Shown here: piece after piece, positions 1-30,208 of the stretch
Position numbering within the stretch: the first letter of the stretch is position 1
How the letters are laid out: every line of letters begins with the position of its first letter
From: the human T2T-CHM13v2.0 reference genome, Homo sapiens
Direction: 5' to 3' (one strand)
Length of the DNA stretch: 64,000 bases
Assembly (NCBI RefSeq): GCF_009914755.1
Contig: NC_060940.1
The notes under the pieces: model-generated
The model's input: the letters and a program-made list of their open reading frames with translations, nothing else
Told to the model about the DNA's origin: nothing
Databases searched by the model: none
Program-made: the position numbers and the translations under genes

Positions 1-373
1 CAAGAGAGTTGAGACCCTGTTTCAGAAAAAAAAAAAAAGGCCCTGGCACTAGCCTGCCTGGGCCAGCTCCTCCAAGACACACCACCTGTTGGAACACCAG
101 CAAGTACCTGCACCTCTCCTTGCCTGTTTCCTCCTGGGTAAATAACCTTAGAGGGTCATTGTGAGACTCCAATGTTTGATTAACGGAAAGTTGTTAAACA
201 AGTTATTCACGGCAGCATTGTTGGTAATTGCAGGGAGTAGAAAACAACCTAAGTGCCCCTCATTAGGAACAAGTTGAATAAATAAGGCACACCCATGTAG
301 GCAGCCACCGGAAAAGGAGACAAAGACTTTGTGTTACTAAGGAACAAAGTCCTGTAATCCATAAGGAACAAAG

Positions 374-5240
<4,867 letters not shown>

Positions 5241-5426
5241 GATCGAATCTTTATACAATGTAACCCCAAATGTGGATCACTTGGCCTCTTCTTGCCGTTC
5301 ATTCATTCATGCATTGTGTGTACCATGCAAAAAGGCTGATGGCAACAAGCGAGAGATGGGAAGGAGCGTGGGTGGGTAGCTGGCCGCCATGGTTGTAATG
5401 TGGCCCTGTACTCTTCTCCTCTGCAG

Positions 5427-5600
5427 GCTGTGAACCCAGGCAGGTCCCTGTTCCTGCTATACGCCCTCAAGAGCTCCCCCAGGCTGAGTCTGCTCTACCT
5501 GTACCTGTTTGACTACACCGACACCTTCCTACCTTTCATCCACACCATCTGCCCTCTGCAAGAAGACAGCTCTGGGGAGGACATCGTCACCAAGCTTCTG
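5427..5600 (+). CDS. BFAR: BFAR (bifunctional apoptosis regulator) internal coding exon, AVNPGRSLFLL...DIVTKLL
   Basis: ctgcag| acceptor at 5421-5426, |gtaggt donor at 5601, 174 nt, phase 0/0; peptide recognised as BFAR. Confidence 0.95.
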
Positions 5601-6049
5601 GTAGGTCTGCACAGTGCCTGGAATAAAGTTATTCCACTGTCAAGTTATTTGCAGAGATTGCTACCCACCATGGGTGCCATGTTTCTTCAGTTTGACCCAT
5701 GAACTCCTTCAGAATGTCTGGTAGGTCATTTGAGAGTAATATCCTTTGCTTTGCTTCTCTTGGGGCCAGTACTTCTGACCTGTTCATATCAAGTCACATG
5801 CATAGAGGAATCATCAAGTATCATCCACACCCATAAATAATAACACAGAATTTTGAAATCTCCAGAGATCCTTTTTTTCCCCCAAAGACCCTTGTAAACA
5901 CTACAATCAAGTGCTGGCTAACTGGTTTCAGCCTTGAATATAGTCTGAAGCCTGCTAATCGGCTCCCTTGCACATTCCTCCCCTAATTACCCAGTCTCCA
6001 CTTGCTGTTTACCTCACCAGACTGGCTGTGCAGAGACCCTGACCTTTAA

Positions 6050-6271
<222 letters not shown>

Positions 6272-6298
6272 TGAACTCCTGAATTCAAACCATCCTCC

Positions 6299-6758
6299 TG
6301 TAGCAGGAAGAGCTGCAGACAAAACCCCTCAGACACCGAGTTAAAGAAGGAAGGGATTTATTTGTCCGGGAGCGTCGGCAAGACTCCTGTCTCAAGAGCC
6401 GAGCTCCCCGAGTGAGCAATTCCTGTCCCTTTTAAGGGCTCACAACTCTAAGGGAGTCCACATGAGAGGGTCGTGATCAATGGAGCAAGCAGTGGGATAC
6501 GTGACTGGGGGCTGCATGCGCCGGTAATCAGAACAGAAGAGAATACGACAGGGATTTTTACAGTGCTTTTCCATACAATGTCTGGAATCTATAGATAACA
6601 TAACTGGTTAGGTCAGGGGTCGATCTTTAACTACCAGGCCCAGAGCGCAGCGCCGGGCTGTCTGCCTGTGGATTTCATTTCTGCCTTTTAGTTTTTACTT
6701 CTTTCTTTGGAGGCAGAAATTGGGCATAAGACAACATGAGGGGTGGTCTCCTCCCTTA
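6299..6758 (-). mobile_element. Solo HERV-E-type LTR (LTR2 family) inserted in an Alu
   Basis: Minus strand begins TAAGGGAGGAGACCACCCCTC; 460 bp; 4-bp TSD ctcc (6295-6298 / 6759-6762). Confidence 0.8.
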
Positions 6759-6792
6759 CTCCCACCTTGCCCTCCCAAAGTGTTGGGATTAG

Positions 6793-6990
<198 letters not shown>

Positions 6991-7819
6991 TGAGTAGCTG
7001 GGACTACAGGCGCCCGCCACCACACCCGGCTAATTTTTTGTGTTTTTAGTAGAGATGGGGTTTCACTGTGTCAGCCAGGATGGTCTTGATCTCCTGACCT
7101 CGTAATCCGCCCTCCTCAGCCTCCCAAAGTGCTGGGATTACAGGCGTGAGCCACTGTACCTGGCCATCATCAGGCTAATTTTTTATCTGCTAATATGTGT
7201 AATTGAAAAGCTTCTCCTCCTGCCATCACAAAAAAAATTACCTTTTTTTGGAGGGAGGAGGGAGTGTTTGTAATTTTCCCAGAAACTACCATTATTCTAC
7301 CATAGCCAATGTTGAATTTAGGAAATGGTTCAAGCTACCATTTGGGTAGCTTGATGGGAGAATAACTGGTTAATTTAAATTTATTTCAATGTATTCATAA
7401 TTCATGCTTTTTTTTTTCTGAGCTTCCACAATTATATGACAAGCATTTCATTTCAACCTTTTTGCTAACATTTACTTAATTTGAGATTAATTACGGCCGG
7501 GTGCGGTGGTTCACTCCTATAATCCAAGCACTTTGGGAGGCAGAGGCGGGCAAATCACCTGAGGTCAGGAGTTTCAAGACCAGCCTGGCCAACATGGCAA
7601 AACCTCGTCTCTACTAAAAATACAAAAATTAGCCGGGCGTGGTGGTATACACCTTTAATCCCAGAAGCACTGTCTGTGTCTTGGATGGTAGCGAGACAAG
7701 ATGGTGGATCCCCAGACTCAGGGCTTGTATACATAGGGAAGGGGCATACATGCTTCAGAAGGGATGTGCAGAACAATTGCTTAGGGTCGGGATTTATGGT
7801 AAGTACGAGAACATACTCA

Positions 7820-7948
<129 letters not shown>

Positions 7949-8035
7949 TTACAAGATGAGTTGATGGATGGAAATTTCATTTTAGATTGTTGGATGTGTG
8001 TGTGTGTGTGGTAATCAATGTAGAACTCACTGTGA

Positions 8036-8284
<249 letters not shown>

Positions 8285-8403
8285 TAGGCCTCCCAAAGTG
8301 GTGGGATTACAGGTGTGAGCCACCGTGCCTAGCCTGATCATCACAATATTTTGTGTAAAAGTCAGTCCTCATGACTTTTTGCGTCTGTGTGTTATTTTTT
8401 AAG

Positions 8404-8606
8404 GATCTTAAGGAGCCTACGTGGAAGCAGTGGAGAGAGTTCCTGGTCAAATACTCCTTCCTTCCATACCAGCTGATTGCTGAGTTTGCTTGGGACTGGT
8501 TGGAGGTCCATTACTGGACATCACGGTTTCTCATCATCAATGCTATGTTACTCTCAGTTCTGGAATTATTCTCCTTTTGGAGAATCTGGTCGAGAAGTGA
8601 ACTGAA
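8404..8606 (+). CDS. BFAR: BFAR penultimate coding exon, DLKEPTWKQW...WSRSEL(K), transmembrane-rich region
   Basis: poly-T tract + aag| acceptor, |gtaagt donor at 8607; 203 nt, ends in phase 2, which fits the next exon. Confidence 0.95.
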
Positions 8607-8922
8607 GTAAGTATGTTTTAATGGTTGTCACAACAGGGGATGGGAAAGAAATACCAAGTGAGAGAAAGATCCTCTTTTATTTCTCACACTTGAAATAAAT
8701 CCTCCATCCACCCAGACCCTTCAGACTCTGCTTTGAGAAACCTAGCTTAAGCAGTGAATAGGACAATTACCTGTGTTTTGGGGGTGGGGGTTGTGGTGCT
8801 CATTGTTAAAAGTATTTTCCTATATGTCTTATCTCTATGCAATAATATACCATTTAATTTCAGGGGGAGGGGGGCAAAGGATTGTAATAATCAAGGAATA
8901 AGCAACTGAATAGAAAAGGGTC

Positions 8923-9358
8923 TGTTTTAAGGTAGGCAGGCCTGTGCAAACCTATCCCCTAAATCAGAGGAAGCTGAGGGGCTGAAGGAAGAAGCTGGCA
9001 AATTCAGTTTCTCAGAAAGAAACACTTAATAAGGCCTTGCCAACAGAAGCCCTGTCTGTGTCTTGGATGGTAGCGAGACAAGATGGTGGATCCCCAGACT
9101 CAGGGCTTGTATACATAGGGAAGGGGCATACATGCTTCAGAAGGGATGTGCAGAACAATTGCTTAGGGTCGGGATCTATGGTAAGTAAGAGAACATCAAG
9201 GCTGTTTCACCAAAGGGCAGGATTTACGTGATGTACGTGCTCTTACACAAGAAACATTAGATAAAACCAGAGATCTTAGAGGCTTCCCCCAAACCGGAGT
9301 TAGTGAGAAGTCAATATGGCAGATTAGCATCCAATATAGAGTTGCTTTGGCCTCCACA
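8923..9358 (-). mobile_element. Solo ERV1/MER-type LTR
   Basis: TG...CA ends, near-TSD gggtc/gggtg; minus-strand start TGTGGAGGCCAAAGCAACTC...GGATGCTAATC is LTR-like. Confidence 0.6.
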
Positions 9359-9687
9359 GGGTGCTTTATAGAAAATGCAGTAAGGTAGAGCATAAAGAGA
9401 TCTCATGGGAAATTCTGTAGGCATGAGTTCTAATCCTGATCTGTAACCAACTAGGATAATAATAACTTAGGCTTCAAGCATGACTGGACCCTGAGACCCA
9501 AACGCTGTCACCAGTACTGACTCTTTCTCTGTCCCTCACAGCACTGTTCTTTCTTGTGTTTTCTGCCTCAGGCATCTCTCTTCATGTGGGGGCCCTTGTC
9601 TTCTCCACTCCAGACTTTGATCTGTGCAGCTTAACAAACCTCCAGAAAGAAAGCACTTCCTTCCCTGTGGCACTGGAAAAGGTCTCA

Positions 9688-10053
<366 letters not shown>

Positions 10054-11169
10054 CTAAGATTGCACCATTGCACTCCACCCTGGGCGACAAAACGAGAGTC
10101 CATCTCAAAAAACCCCCAAAAACTTAGAAGCTATTTCCAGAAGAAAGGGACAGGCAGAAGTAACACTGCCACCCTTGCAGCCTTTTACCTTGACATTCTG
10201 ACTCGCAGCCTTATGAATGGTTCTGAGAACCTAACAATCTCCCTCACCTTTCCAATGGTGACTCACTAGGTAAAAATAAAAAAAGAATCTCCCTCATTTC
10301 TTTCCATTTAGCAAACTCACTTATTTATATACAATATGCATATTTATGCCCCTACTGTACTCCTGGTTCTCTCCTGGGCATGGCAGATCTTTTGGTAAAG
10401 AAGACAGTCTATAGTGTGAGGCCCTACAGCCTAGCAAAGAAAATATGTACGTTAAAAAATAGATGGTCAGGCACCTTGGCTCATGCCTGTAATCCCAGCA
10501 CTTTGGGAGGTGAGAGGATTGCTTGAGACCAGGAGTTCAAGTGCAGCCTGGGCAACGTGGCAAAACCTGTCTCTAAAAATACAAAAAATTAACTGGGCGT
10601 GGTGGTGCACACCTGTAGTCCCAGCTACTCGGGAGGTTGAGGTGGAGGATCACCTGAGCCGAGGAGTTTGAGACCAGCCTGGGTAACATAGCGAGACCTT
10701 GTCCCTACTTAAAATAATAATAATAATAATAATAATAATTAGCCAGATGTGGTGATGTGTGCCTGTGGTCCCAGCTACTCAGGAGGATCACTTGAGACCT
10801 GGAGGTCAAGGCTGCAGTTGAGCCACATTTGCACCACTGCACTCCCAGGCTGGACAAAGGAATGAGACCCTGTCTCAAAAGGAAAAAAAAATATGTAAAT
10901 GTAACAAAGTGATGAAGCAGGTGAAGTTGAGGCTGTCACAGGGAGGCCTTGCCCAGTGTGGGGGCAAAGAAGCTCCCTGTAGGTCATGTCCTTGAGAGTT
11001 AAAAGATGGGTTGAGTAGGCAGAGGTCTCAGGCACCGGGGACAGAAGACAAGGACATTCAGCACGGGCAGCCATGCTCTTCCCAGCACCCAGAAAAGGCC
11101 CAGGGCCCGGACTCCTGGGTGTGGTCATGAGAAGCGCCTCCGATTCAGCCTCTTCTCTTCTTGTTTCAG

Positions 11170-11362
11170 GACCGTGCCTCAGAGGATGTGGAGCCATTTC
11201 TGGAAAGTATCAACGCAGGGGCTTTTTGTGGCCATGTTCTGGCCCCTCATCCCTCAGTTTGTTTGCAACTGTTTGTTTTACTGGGCCCTGTACTTTAACC
11301 CAATTATTAACATTGATCTTGTGGTCAAGGAACTCCGGCGGCTGGAAACCCAGGTGTTGTGA
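11170..11362 (+). CDS. BFAR: BFAR last coding exon, (K)TVPQRMWSHFW...RRLETQVL*
   Basis: ttgtttcag| acceptor, phase-2 join restores Lys, TGA at 11360-11362; matches the BFAR C-terminus as I recall it. Confidence 0.95.
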
Positions 11363-12765
11363 CTGGCACTGCCCAGGCTGAGACTCTTCAAGTCCCGCTG
11401 ACGTCTGAGCTTTGATGCTTAAGAGGGGTGAGGCAGGGAGCGGACTTCCTATTTTCTACCCTCAGTAAAACAAGGTGCTGCTTTGTATATCAAAAGCTCC
11501 AACCATGTCCTCTCCCCCTCAGCCTGTGGGTGGCACGAGCAAGGACTGACATCCGCACAGGGAGGATTGTCTGTTTGGCTGACACAGCAGCAGCCCTTCC
11601 CACCCAGCCACCTTCCTCACAGGGACTAGGAGGCTCAGTCCCCAACGGCTGGCAAGACTCAGGGTCCTCAGTGGACATGGTGTGGGTGACATCAGAAGGG
11701 TGCCACATCAGTCCCCTCCCCAACCTCAGTGACTGACAGAGGATCCGGATCTCAGAGCCTGAGACCAGGTTTATTGGGGCCTGGCCTGTCCTCTAAGTCA
11801 AGTTTAGGAAAACAAGGATAAGATTCTGTCATAGGCATAGAGAGTTGCACATAAAAAATACCGAAGAAAACCCAAAATTCAATCAACAATTCTGTCTTAT
11901 TGAAGAGTTGCTAGGATTCAGAGTAAAACTCAAAGGATTCAGTTTGAGCCTAGAATGATGGTTAGACTTGTAGTCACTGGGCTTTTGTTTTGCTTTATGG
12001 AAATCATTGAAGGTCTGGATCCCTTTCTCTGAATGGAGAGATTGAGAGGGATGTCGGGCAGTTCCCATTAGATTTAGTGGCCTTCATGTTATTCAGAATT
12101 GTTTTGGTGATACCTCACCCCTGTAATCCCAGCACTTTGGGTGGGTGAGGCAGGCGGATCACTTGAAGCCAGGACTTCAAGACCAGCTTGGCCAACATGG
12201 TGAAACCTCATCTCTACTAAAAATACAAAAATTAGCCAAGTGTGATGGCACATACCTGTAATCCCAGCTACTTGGAATTGGAAATCGCCTGAACCCAGGA
12301 GGCGGAGGTTGCAGGGAGGGAGACTGCACCACTGCACTTCAGCCTGGGTGACAGAGGGAGACTCTGTCTTAAAAAAAAAAAAAAAATCATCTGTAAAATA
12401 AATTCCGGGATAGTCGTTTTGTTCAAGGAAATGTTTTGTAAATTGAGCTCACACTATATAATCTTTATTGTCCTATCCTGATGTATAATACAGCAGGTAT
12501 AATTACACCAAGCGCTATAGTTATAAATATGGCATGAAGTGAACTATGGCCTTTTATTTCCTTCCAGTGTGAACACAGCAGGTGTGAGATGTCATCTTGG
12601 AAGACAGGCCTTGCAGAAATAGGCCTACATCCAAAATATTATCTTGTGACTCCATGAACCATTCATTAACCCTTTGTATCTTTGAGTGAAAATTTTACTC
12701 AAAAGTTGCATCTGGAAGTTCGAAGAAATTACTTGAAATAAAAATAAAGATTTCTATATAGATAA
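11363..12765 (+). other. BFAR: BFAR 3'UTR (end approximate), containing a sense Alu at ~12113-12386
   Basis: Follows the stop codon up to the tandem AATAAA. Confidence 0.7.
12737..12748 (+). terminator. BFAR polyadenylation signal (tandem AATAAA AATAAA)
   Basis: AATAAA at 12737-12742 and 12743-12748; another AATAAA lies upstream at 12397-12402. Confidence 0.7.
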
Positions 12766-12796
12766 AACCTATATGTAGAGAAAAAGCAATTGTCTA

Positions 12797-15485
<2,689 letters not shown>

Positions 15486-16101
15486 GAACTACATTTTTAA
15501 AACTATAGATCCTAACAGATTATTCTGAATTGTGGGAATTGGAGTGATTTTTCTTTCTGCTCTATATTTCTCTGCACTTTCATTTTTTTAAGAAGCAACA
15601 AGTATGTACCACTTTTGTAATCATTGTGCTGGGCTTACAGAAATGAGCCAACGCTGCAGGACAGCAAATACATTTTAAGGTGTAGTGGGATAAGGGAATA
15701 CTCTTTCTTAAGCTAACAGCTACTGGACTTGAACTTCACCGGGTGGGTGTTGTATGGCCATCTTGTTGATTGCTGCAGCCTAGAACATAGAACATGGCCA
15801 GGCACACGGTAGGTGTTCGTTCACATTTGACTACCAGCCATCCAAGCAGGTTAGAAGACAGGTTATCTTTTCATAAAGATGGAACCTCAAAAATGGAACC
15901 GACCCCAACACAGTGATAAACACAGTCATAGTTTTATAAAATAGGTGCAGGACTTTTGGCCTTTAACTGCAAACCACATGGGCTCCAGTCCTGAGTTCTG
16001 GGATTGGGAGGGAAAGCAAACACAAGGTTGTGGCTTTATCACTTGGCTTCGGTTCCCTTCTGCAAATAACTGAATGCTGTTGTTCATTACTGAGAGGACG
16101 C

Positions 16102-16107
16102 TTTATT
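16102..16107 (-). terminator. PLA2G10 polyadenylation signal AATAAA
   Basis: tttatt on the + strand, 35 nt past the PLA2G10 stop codon. Confidence 0.8.
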
Positions 16108-16141
16108 TCCTTGTGCAAAAGAGCATTTCAAGTCAAGGTAG

Positions 16142-16284
16142 TCAGTCACACTTGGGCGAGTCCGGCTCACATAGGAACTGGGGGTAGAAGAGGTACTTTA
16201 AGTTGTACTCAGTTTGGGCTAAGCAGTTAGCAATCTCCTGGTCACACTTGCACAACAGTTCTTGGCATTTGTTCTCTGCCGGTC
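16142..16284 (-). CDS. PLA2G10: PLA2G10 exon 4 coding part, (G)PAENKCQELLCKCDQEIANC...EPDSPKCD*
   Basis: ttccag| acceptor on the minus strand, TGA at 16144-16142; contains the catalytic Asp motif CKCD and the Cys-ended C-terminal extension. Confidence 0.96.
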
Positions 16285-16372
16285 CTGGAAGAAGTGGGGA
16301 AACTGAGATTAGAGCAGGGACCTGGAGAGACTCAAGGGAAACCAGTAAAGCAAGAGGCAGGACGGGTCATAA

Positions 16373-16960
<588 letters not shown>

Positions 16961-17221
16961 TAGTGGCAAGGTTGTGGCTCACTGCAGCCTCCGCCTCCTG
17001 GACTCAAGCCATTCTCCCACCTCAGCCTCCCATGTGGCTGGGACTACAGGCCCACCACCATGCCCAGCTAATTTTTGTATTTTTAGTAGAGATGGGGTTT
17101 TGCCATATTGCCAGGCTGGTCTTGAACTCCTGAGCTCAAGTGATCCACCTGCCTCAGCCTCCCAAAGTACTGGGATTACAGGCACGAGCCACCACTCTCA
17201 GCCCATAATAATATTTTTTTT

Positions 17222-20660
<3,439 letters not shown>

Positions 20661-20867
20661 ATTTTCAAAAGAATATTTCTGGAATGTTTTAATTTTTCAT
20701 AACAAACATGTATTGGGTTTGAATCAGAAAAAGTATGCAAATGAATGGTTGAATGAATGGTGGGATAGATGGATCCCTCATCATGCACTCCTGCTTCTTG
20801 TTACCAGGGCAAAATTCTCACAACACAAAATGTACCATTTCAAAGTGTACAAGTCAGTGACATTTAG

Positions 20868-21150
<283 letters not shown>

Positions 21151-21249
21151 TAGCCTCCTAAATTACAGGCGTGAGCCATTGCGCCCGGAGTTCTAAAACA
21201 TTTTTATCACCCCAGAAGAAACCCCATTCCCCTCAAGCAGGCACTCCCC

Positions 21250-21520
21250 ATGGATGGATGGATGGATGGATGGATGATGGATGATGGACAATGGATGGCT
21301 GGATAGATGGATGGTGGGTGGATGGATGGAAGATGGGTGGATGGATGATGGATGGATGGAAATTGGATGGATGGGTGATGGATGGATAGATGGATGGATG
21401 GATGGATGGATGGATGGATGGATAGATGGAAGAATGAATGGATGGATGATGGATGGATGGATAGATGGATGATAGGTGAATGGATAATGGATGAATAGAT
21501 GGCGAGACAGATGAATGGAT
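21250..21520 (+). repeat. Degenerate (GGAT)n/(TGGA)n tetranucleotide repeat
   Basis: Seen directly in the sequence. Confidence 0.95.
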
Positions 21521-22086
21521 AAACATAATATGTGCGAAAATTAGTCATAGAACCAGCCAGTGCAGGAACAAGCCTTCCTGCCTGTAAGCTTTCCATGGGC
21601 TGCTGCACAACAGAAACCCTCAGAGAAATATGATGTAGTGGGGAGGGGACTCTTGAGGAAGGAGCCACTGTAGCTTCCTGGCTATAGCCCCAGGGTGGCA
21701 TACAGGGCTGGCTGAAGGCCGGCTGTCCAAGGACAGAAGAGTGGTCAGCTACAGGGCGACGGGGACAAATACCCCAGCCAGCTCCTCTTCCCCTCACACC
21801 CTCACCCATCCACTGGCAACTCCTGCAGTTCCATCCAGCCAGATTTGTCCAGAAGCCAGCCCCTTCCACCATCTTCACTGCCACCCCCTGCCCAAGCCAC
21901 CTCTCTCCAAGACCACTGCAACAGCCTGATAGCCACATCCAGCTTCCACCCTTTCCCTCTCCTGGGTTTGTACCATATGGCAACCAGAGTAGTTTGGTTA
22001 AAATACATATCAAGGCCGAGTGTGGTGGCTCACGCCTGTAATCCCAACATTTTGGGAGGCCGAGGTAGGTGGGTCACCCGAGGTCA

Positions 22087-22317
<231 letters not shown>

Positions 22318-22969
22318 TCATGTCCCTCCCCTGCTCAAAACCCTCCTTGGCTCCCCATCTCTCTCAGAGAAGAGCCTCCAATGCCCTAGGAATCTAGCCC
22401 CTATCACTCTCCGACATCATCCCCTACTTCTGTCACTCTGGGGGACTCTGCTCCAGCCTCACCGAACTCCTTGTGATCCTCAGACCACCCAGACACTTGT
22501 GCGTACCCCAGGGCCCTTGCACTGGCTGTTGCATCACCTCCACGTGGCTGTCTCCTCTGTTCCTCAGGTCTCTGCTTCATTGGTGTCTCCGGGAGACTTT
22601 CTCTCACCCCAACCACTCTCAGTAACAGAGAAATCCTCACCATGCACTCCTGCTTTTTGTTATTGGGGCAAAATTCTCACAACCTAAAATTTACCATATT
22701 AAAATGTACAGTCAGTAGCATTTAGTACCTTCACAATGCTGGGCACCTATCTAGTACTAAAACACTGTTATCACCCCAGGCTGAGCATGGTGGCTTAGGG
22801 CTGTAATCTCAACACTTTGGGAGGCTGAGTCAGAAGGATTGCTTGAGGTCAGGAGTTCAAGACCAACCTAGGCAGCATAGCAAGACACCATCTCTACAAA
22901 AAATACAGGCCGGGCGTGGTGCTCGTGCCTGTAATCTCGGCACTTTGGGAGGCCAAGGCGGGCAGTTCA

Positions 22970-23443
<474 letters not shown>

Positions 23444-23880
23444 CTAGTCTACTTTCTATTTCTGTGGATTTGCCTATTCTGGACAATTCATATAAATGAA
23501 GTCATATGATATACGTGACCTCTTTTTTGTATTCCTAACATAGCAACAGAAAGCCTATATACATGACCTCTTATGTCTGGCTCTGTTCACTCGATGCTGT
23601 ATTTCTTCTTCCTTTCTTTTTGCTTTTCTTTTTTTTTTTTTTTTGAAACAGAGTCTCACTCAGTCGCCCAGGCTGGAGGGCAGTGGCATGATCTCCACTC
23701 ATTGCAACCTCTCTGTCTTCCAGGTTCAAGCAATTCTCCTGCCTCAACCTCCCGAATAGCTGGGATTACAGGCACCTGCCACCACGACCGGCTAATTTCA
23801 TATTTCTAGTAGAGACGGGGTTTCACCATGTTGGCGAGACTGATCTCGAACTCCTGACCTCAAGTGATTCACCAGCCTAA

Positions 23881-24126
<246 letters not shown>

Positions 24127-24528
24127 TGATACTTCTGTCTTGGCCTCCCAAAGTGTTGGGATTACAGGTGGGAGCCATCGTACTCAGCCCATCATATTTT
24201 CAAAGTTCATCCATGTTGTAGCAGGTATAGTAATTCACCTGCTTTATCTCTCAACACAATAGTTACAAAGCACTTGGCGCACACACTACTTCCCTGTCTC
24301 CTCCTTTTTAACAATACCTCGTGGCTCTGCCTTGCCCAAAACCTAGCATGGAGCCCGGCAGAGTAGACTCACAGTAATATTTGTTGACAGACCAGAGAAA
24401 AGCCTTAGAAAAGCCATTCATCCTCATGCCTGTAATCCCAGCACTTTGGGAGGCTGAGGTGGGCAGATCCCTTGAGGTCAGGAGTTCAAGACCAGCCTGG
24501 CCAACATGATGAAACCCCGTCTCTACTA

Positions 24529-24883
<355 letters not shown>

Positions 24884-26731
24884 TCACAGAACTGGGAAGG
24901 TGTGGACCAGGATTCCAGCCCAGGGTCTCCTGACCCAACAACGCCTCTGCTTGTCCTCTTACTTTTCTCCTTGAGCAACAAAGATTCCGCCAACAGCAAG
25001 ACCTGGCCCCACTGCTCCATGATCTCAGGAACCCGATGGCATCACATTTTGAAGAAGAATAAAAATTTGAAAGGAAGAATAGCTCCCGAGGCTTAAGTTT
25101 AAAATTAAGGCCTGCTAGTAAATATTATTATAGGTTTAAATTTTTTTTAATATATTTAAGTCAGGCCCATAAATGGAAAATGGGCCAAACCTGTAATTAA
25201 ATAAACAACTATGTTCAGAATATCTCCAAACAGAATAAGATAATATTTTTAGTCCAAAATGCATAATAGATATTTTAGTTCCTTTCATTTGGTTCAGAGA
25301 AGACAGTTCTGTAAACAGGCACAGACTCTACCAACAGACACACCAATATTTTATAAATATCATTTTCACCTGGGTAGGAGCAAGCAGAATAGGCAAGTTG
25401 AAGGGAGAAAGGAAAGATTTTCAACAGATTTCCCACTGAAGCCTCATTTCACCTCCTCATCACCCACACCAGAAGGGGGCAGTTTTGGGAATAAGTCACT
25501 TACTCTCCCTGAGCCTCAGTTTCCCCTTTATTTTTGTCTTTTGTAGAGATGGGGTCTCTCTATGCTGCCAGGGTGGTCTTGAACTCCTGGGCTCAAGCTA
25601 TCCTCCTGCCTTGGCCTCTCAAAGTGCTGGGATTATAGGTATGAGCTACCATGCCCAGCCAGTTTCCCCAACTCTAAATGAGAGGGTTGGATGAGATGAT
25701 AGATACCTGGGGCATGTTCAGGCCTAAAAATTGATTATATCATCATATTAATTCAGCTTTGCTCTTATGCCAAGTTCTAATCCGTAGTAAGAATATATAG
25801 CTGAAGATCTAAAAACATACTTCAAGTAGGCCGGGCGCGGTGGCTCGTGCCTGTAATCCCAAAACTTTGGGAGGCCGAGGCGGATGGATCAGGAGTTCAA
25901 GACGAGCCTAGCCAACATGGTGAAACACTGTCTCTACTAAAAATACAAAAAAATTAGCTGGGCATGGTGGTGTGCACCTCTAGTCCCAGCTACTCAGAAG
26001 ACTGAGGCATGAGAATCACTTGAACCTGGGAGGCAGTGAGTTGCAGTGAGTTGAGATCACTCCACTGTACTCCTGCCTGGGCTACAGAGTAAGACTCTGT
26101 CTCAAAAAATAAATAAAAATAAAAACATACTTCTAATAACGCTTACAATAGCCTCTTTGCCACCAGAGCAGACCAAGTCAGCAGAACCTGGAGTTTTAAT
26201 CAAGAGTTGGAACAGATCTTTGATTCTCTCCAGGAGTTAGCAGGGGTCAGAGAGAAGTTCAGATAAAGATAGGAGGAGGAGATAGAAGAAAAATTCCCAT
26301 CCAATCTGTTTCTCAGCTGGGCATGGTGGCTCATACCTGTAATCCCAGCACTTTGGGAGGCCGAGGTGGGCAGATCACCTGAGGTTAGGAGTTTGAGACC
26401 AGCCAGGCCAACATGGTGAAACCCCATCTCTACTAAAAATACAAAAATCAACTGGGTGTGGTGGCAGGGGCCTGTAATCCCAGCTACCTGGGAGGCTGAG
26501 GCAAGATAATCACTTCAACCCAGGAGGCAGAGTTTGCAGTGGGCAGAGATCGTGCCACTGCACTTCAGCCTGGGCGACAGAGCAAGACTCCATCTCAAAA
26601 CAAAAACAAAATCTGTTTCTCATCTTACAAATCTTTTCTCATCTTCACAACACCTATCTTACAGGTAAGGAAGCTGAGGTTAAGAGAAGTCAAATTATTA
26701 GCTCAAAGTGATGAAATCCTCCTCCATCTAG

Positions 26732-26884
<153 letters not shown>

Positions 26885-27064
26885 TGAGTAGCTGGGACTA
26901 CAGGAGCATGCTGCCACACCCGCCTAATTTTTTTTTGTATCTTAGTAGAGATGGGGTTTCACCGTGCTGCCCTGGCTGGTCTCGAACTCCTGAGTTCAGG
27001 CAATCCATCCGCCTCAGCCTCCCAAAGTGCTAGGATTACAGGTGTGAGCCACCACTCCTGGCGG

Positions 27065-29482
<2,418 letters not shown>

Positions 29483-30058
29483 TGAGCCACCACGCCCAGC
29501 CTCTTTTTTTCTTTACTCTTTTTTTTTTTTTTTTTTTTTTGAGACAGGCTCTCACTCTGTTGCCCAGGCTGAAGTGCAGTGGTGCAATCTTGGCTCACTA
29601 CAGCCTCAGCCTCCCTGGGCTTAGGTGATCCTCCTTCCTCAGCCTCCCAAGTAGCTGAGACTGCAGGTGCACACCACCACACCGTGCTAGTTTTCATATT
29701 ATTTGTAGAGATAGGGTTTCACCATGTTGCCCAGGCTGGTCTTGAATTCCTAGGCTCAAGCCATCTGCCCGTCTTGAGATTACAGGAGTGAGCCACAGCG
29801 CCGAGCCTGTTATGTCTATTTTCAAGTAACAGAAAATAGAAAAAAAGGGATGGAACTAGTGGTCTGGATCATGACTAGCTCTTCAGATAACTTTGAGTCT
29901 CGCTGCCGAAACTCAAGCCTTATCTGCATTCTCCCTGTACCATTACTCACTTCCTAGTTGTTTTCATTGTTTTAGCTTTCTTATTTATTTGAAGGGAAAC
30001 TATAAATGGAAAATGCCATACATCAGAATGGAATCTATTTCTTTTTGTTTTTGTTTGA

Positions 30059-30208
<150 letters not shown>

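Noticed and set aside
11770-11775. Minus-strand AATAAA inside the BFAR 3'UTR
   Set aside because: A single hexamer with no supporting antisense exon structure
21207-22013. 268-aa minus-strand ORF with SIHP repeats
   Set aside because: Stop-poor frame produced by the (GGAT)n repeat; no homology or gene structure
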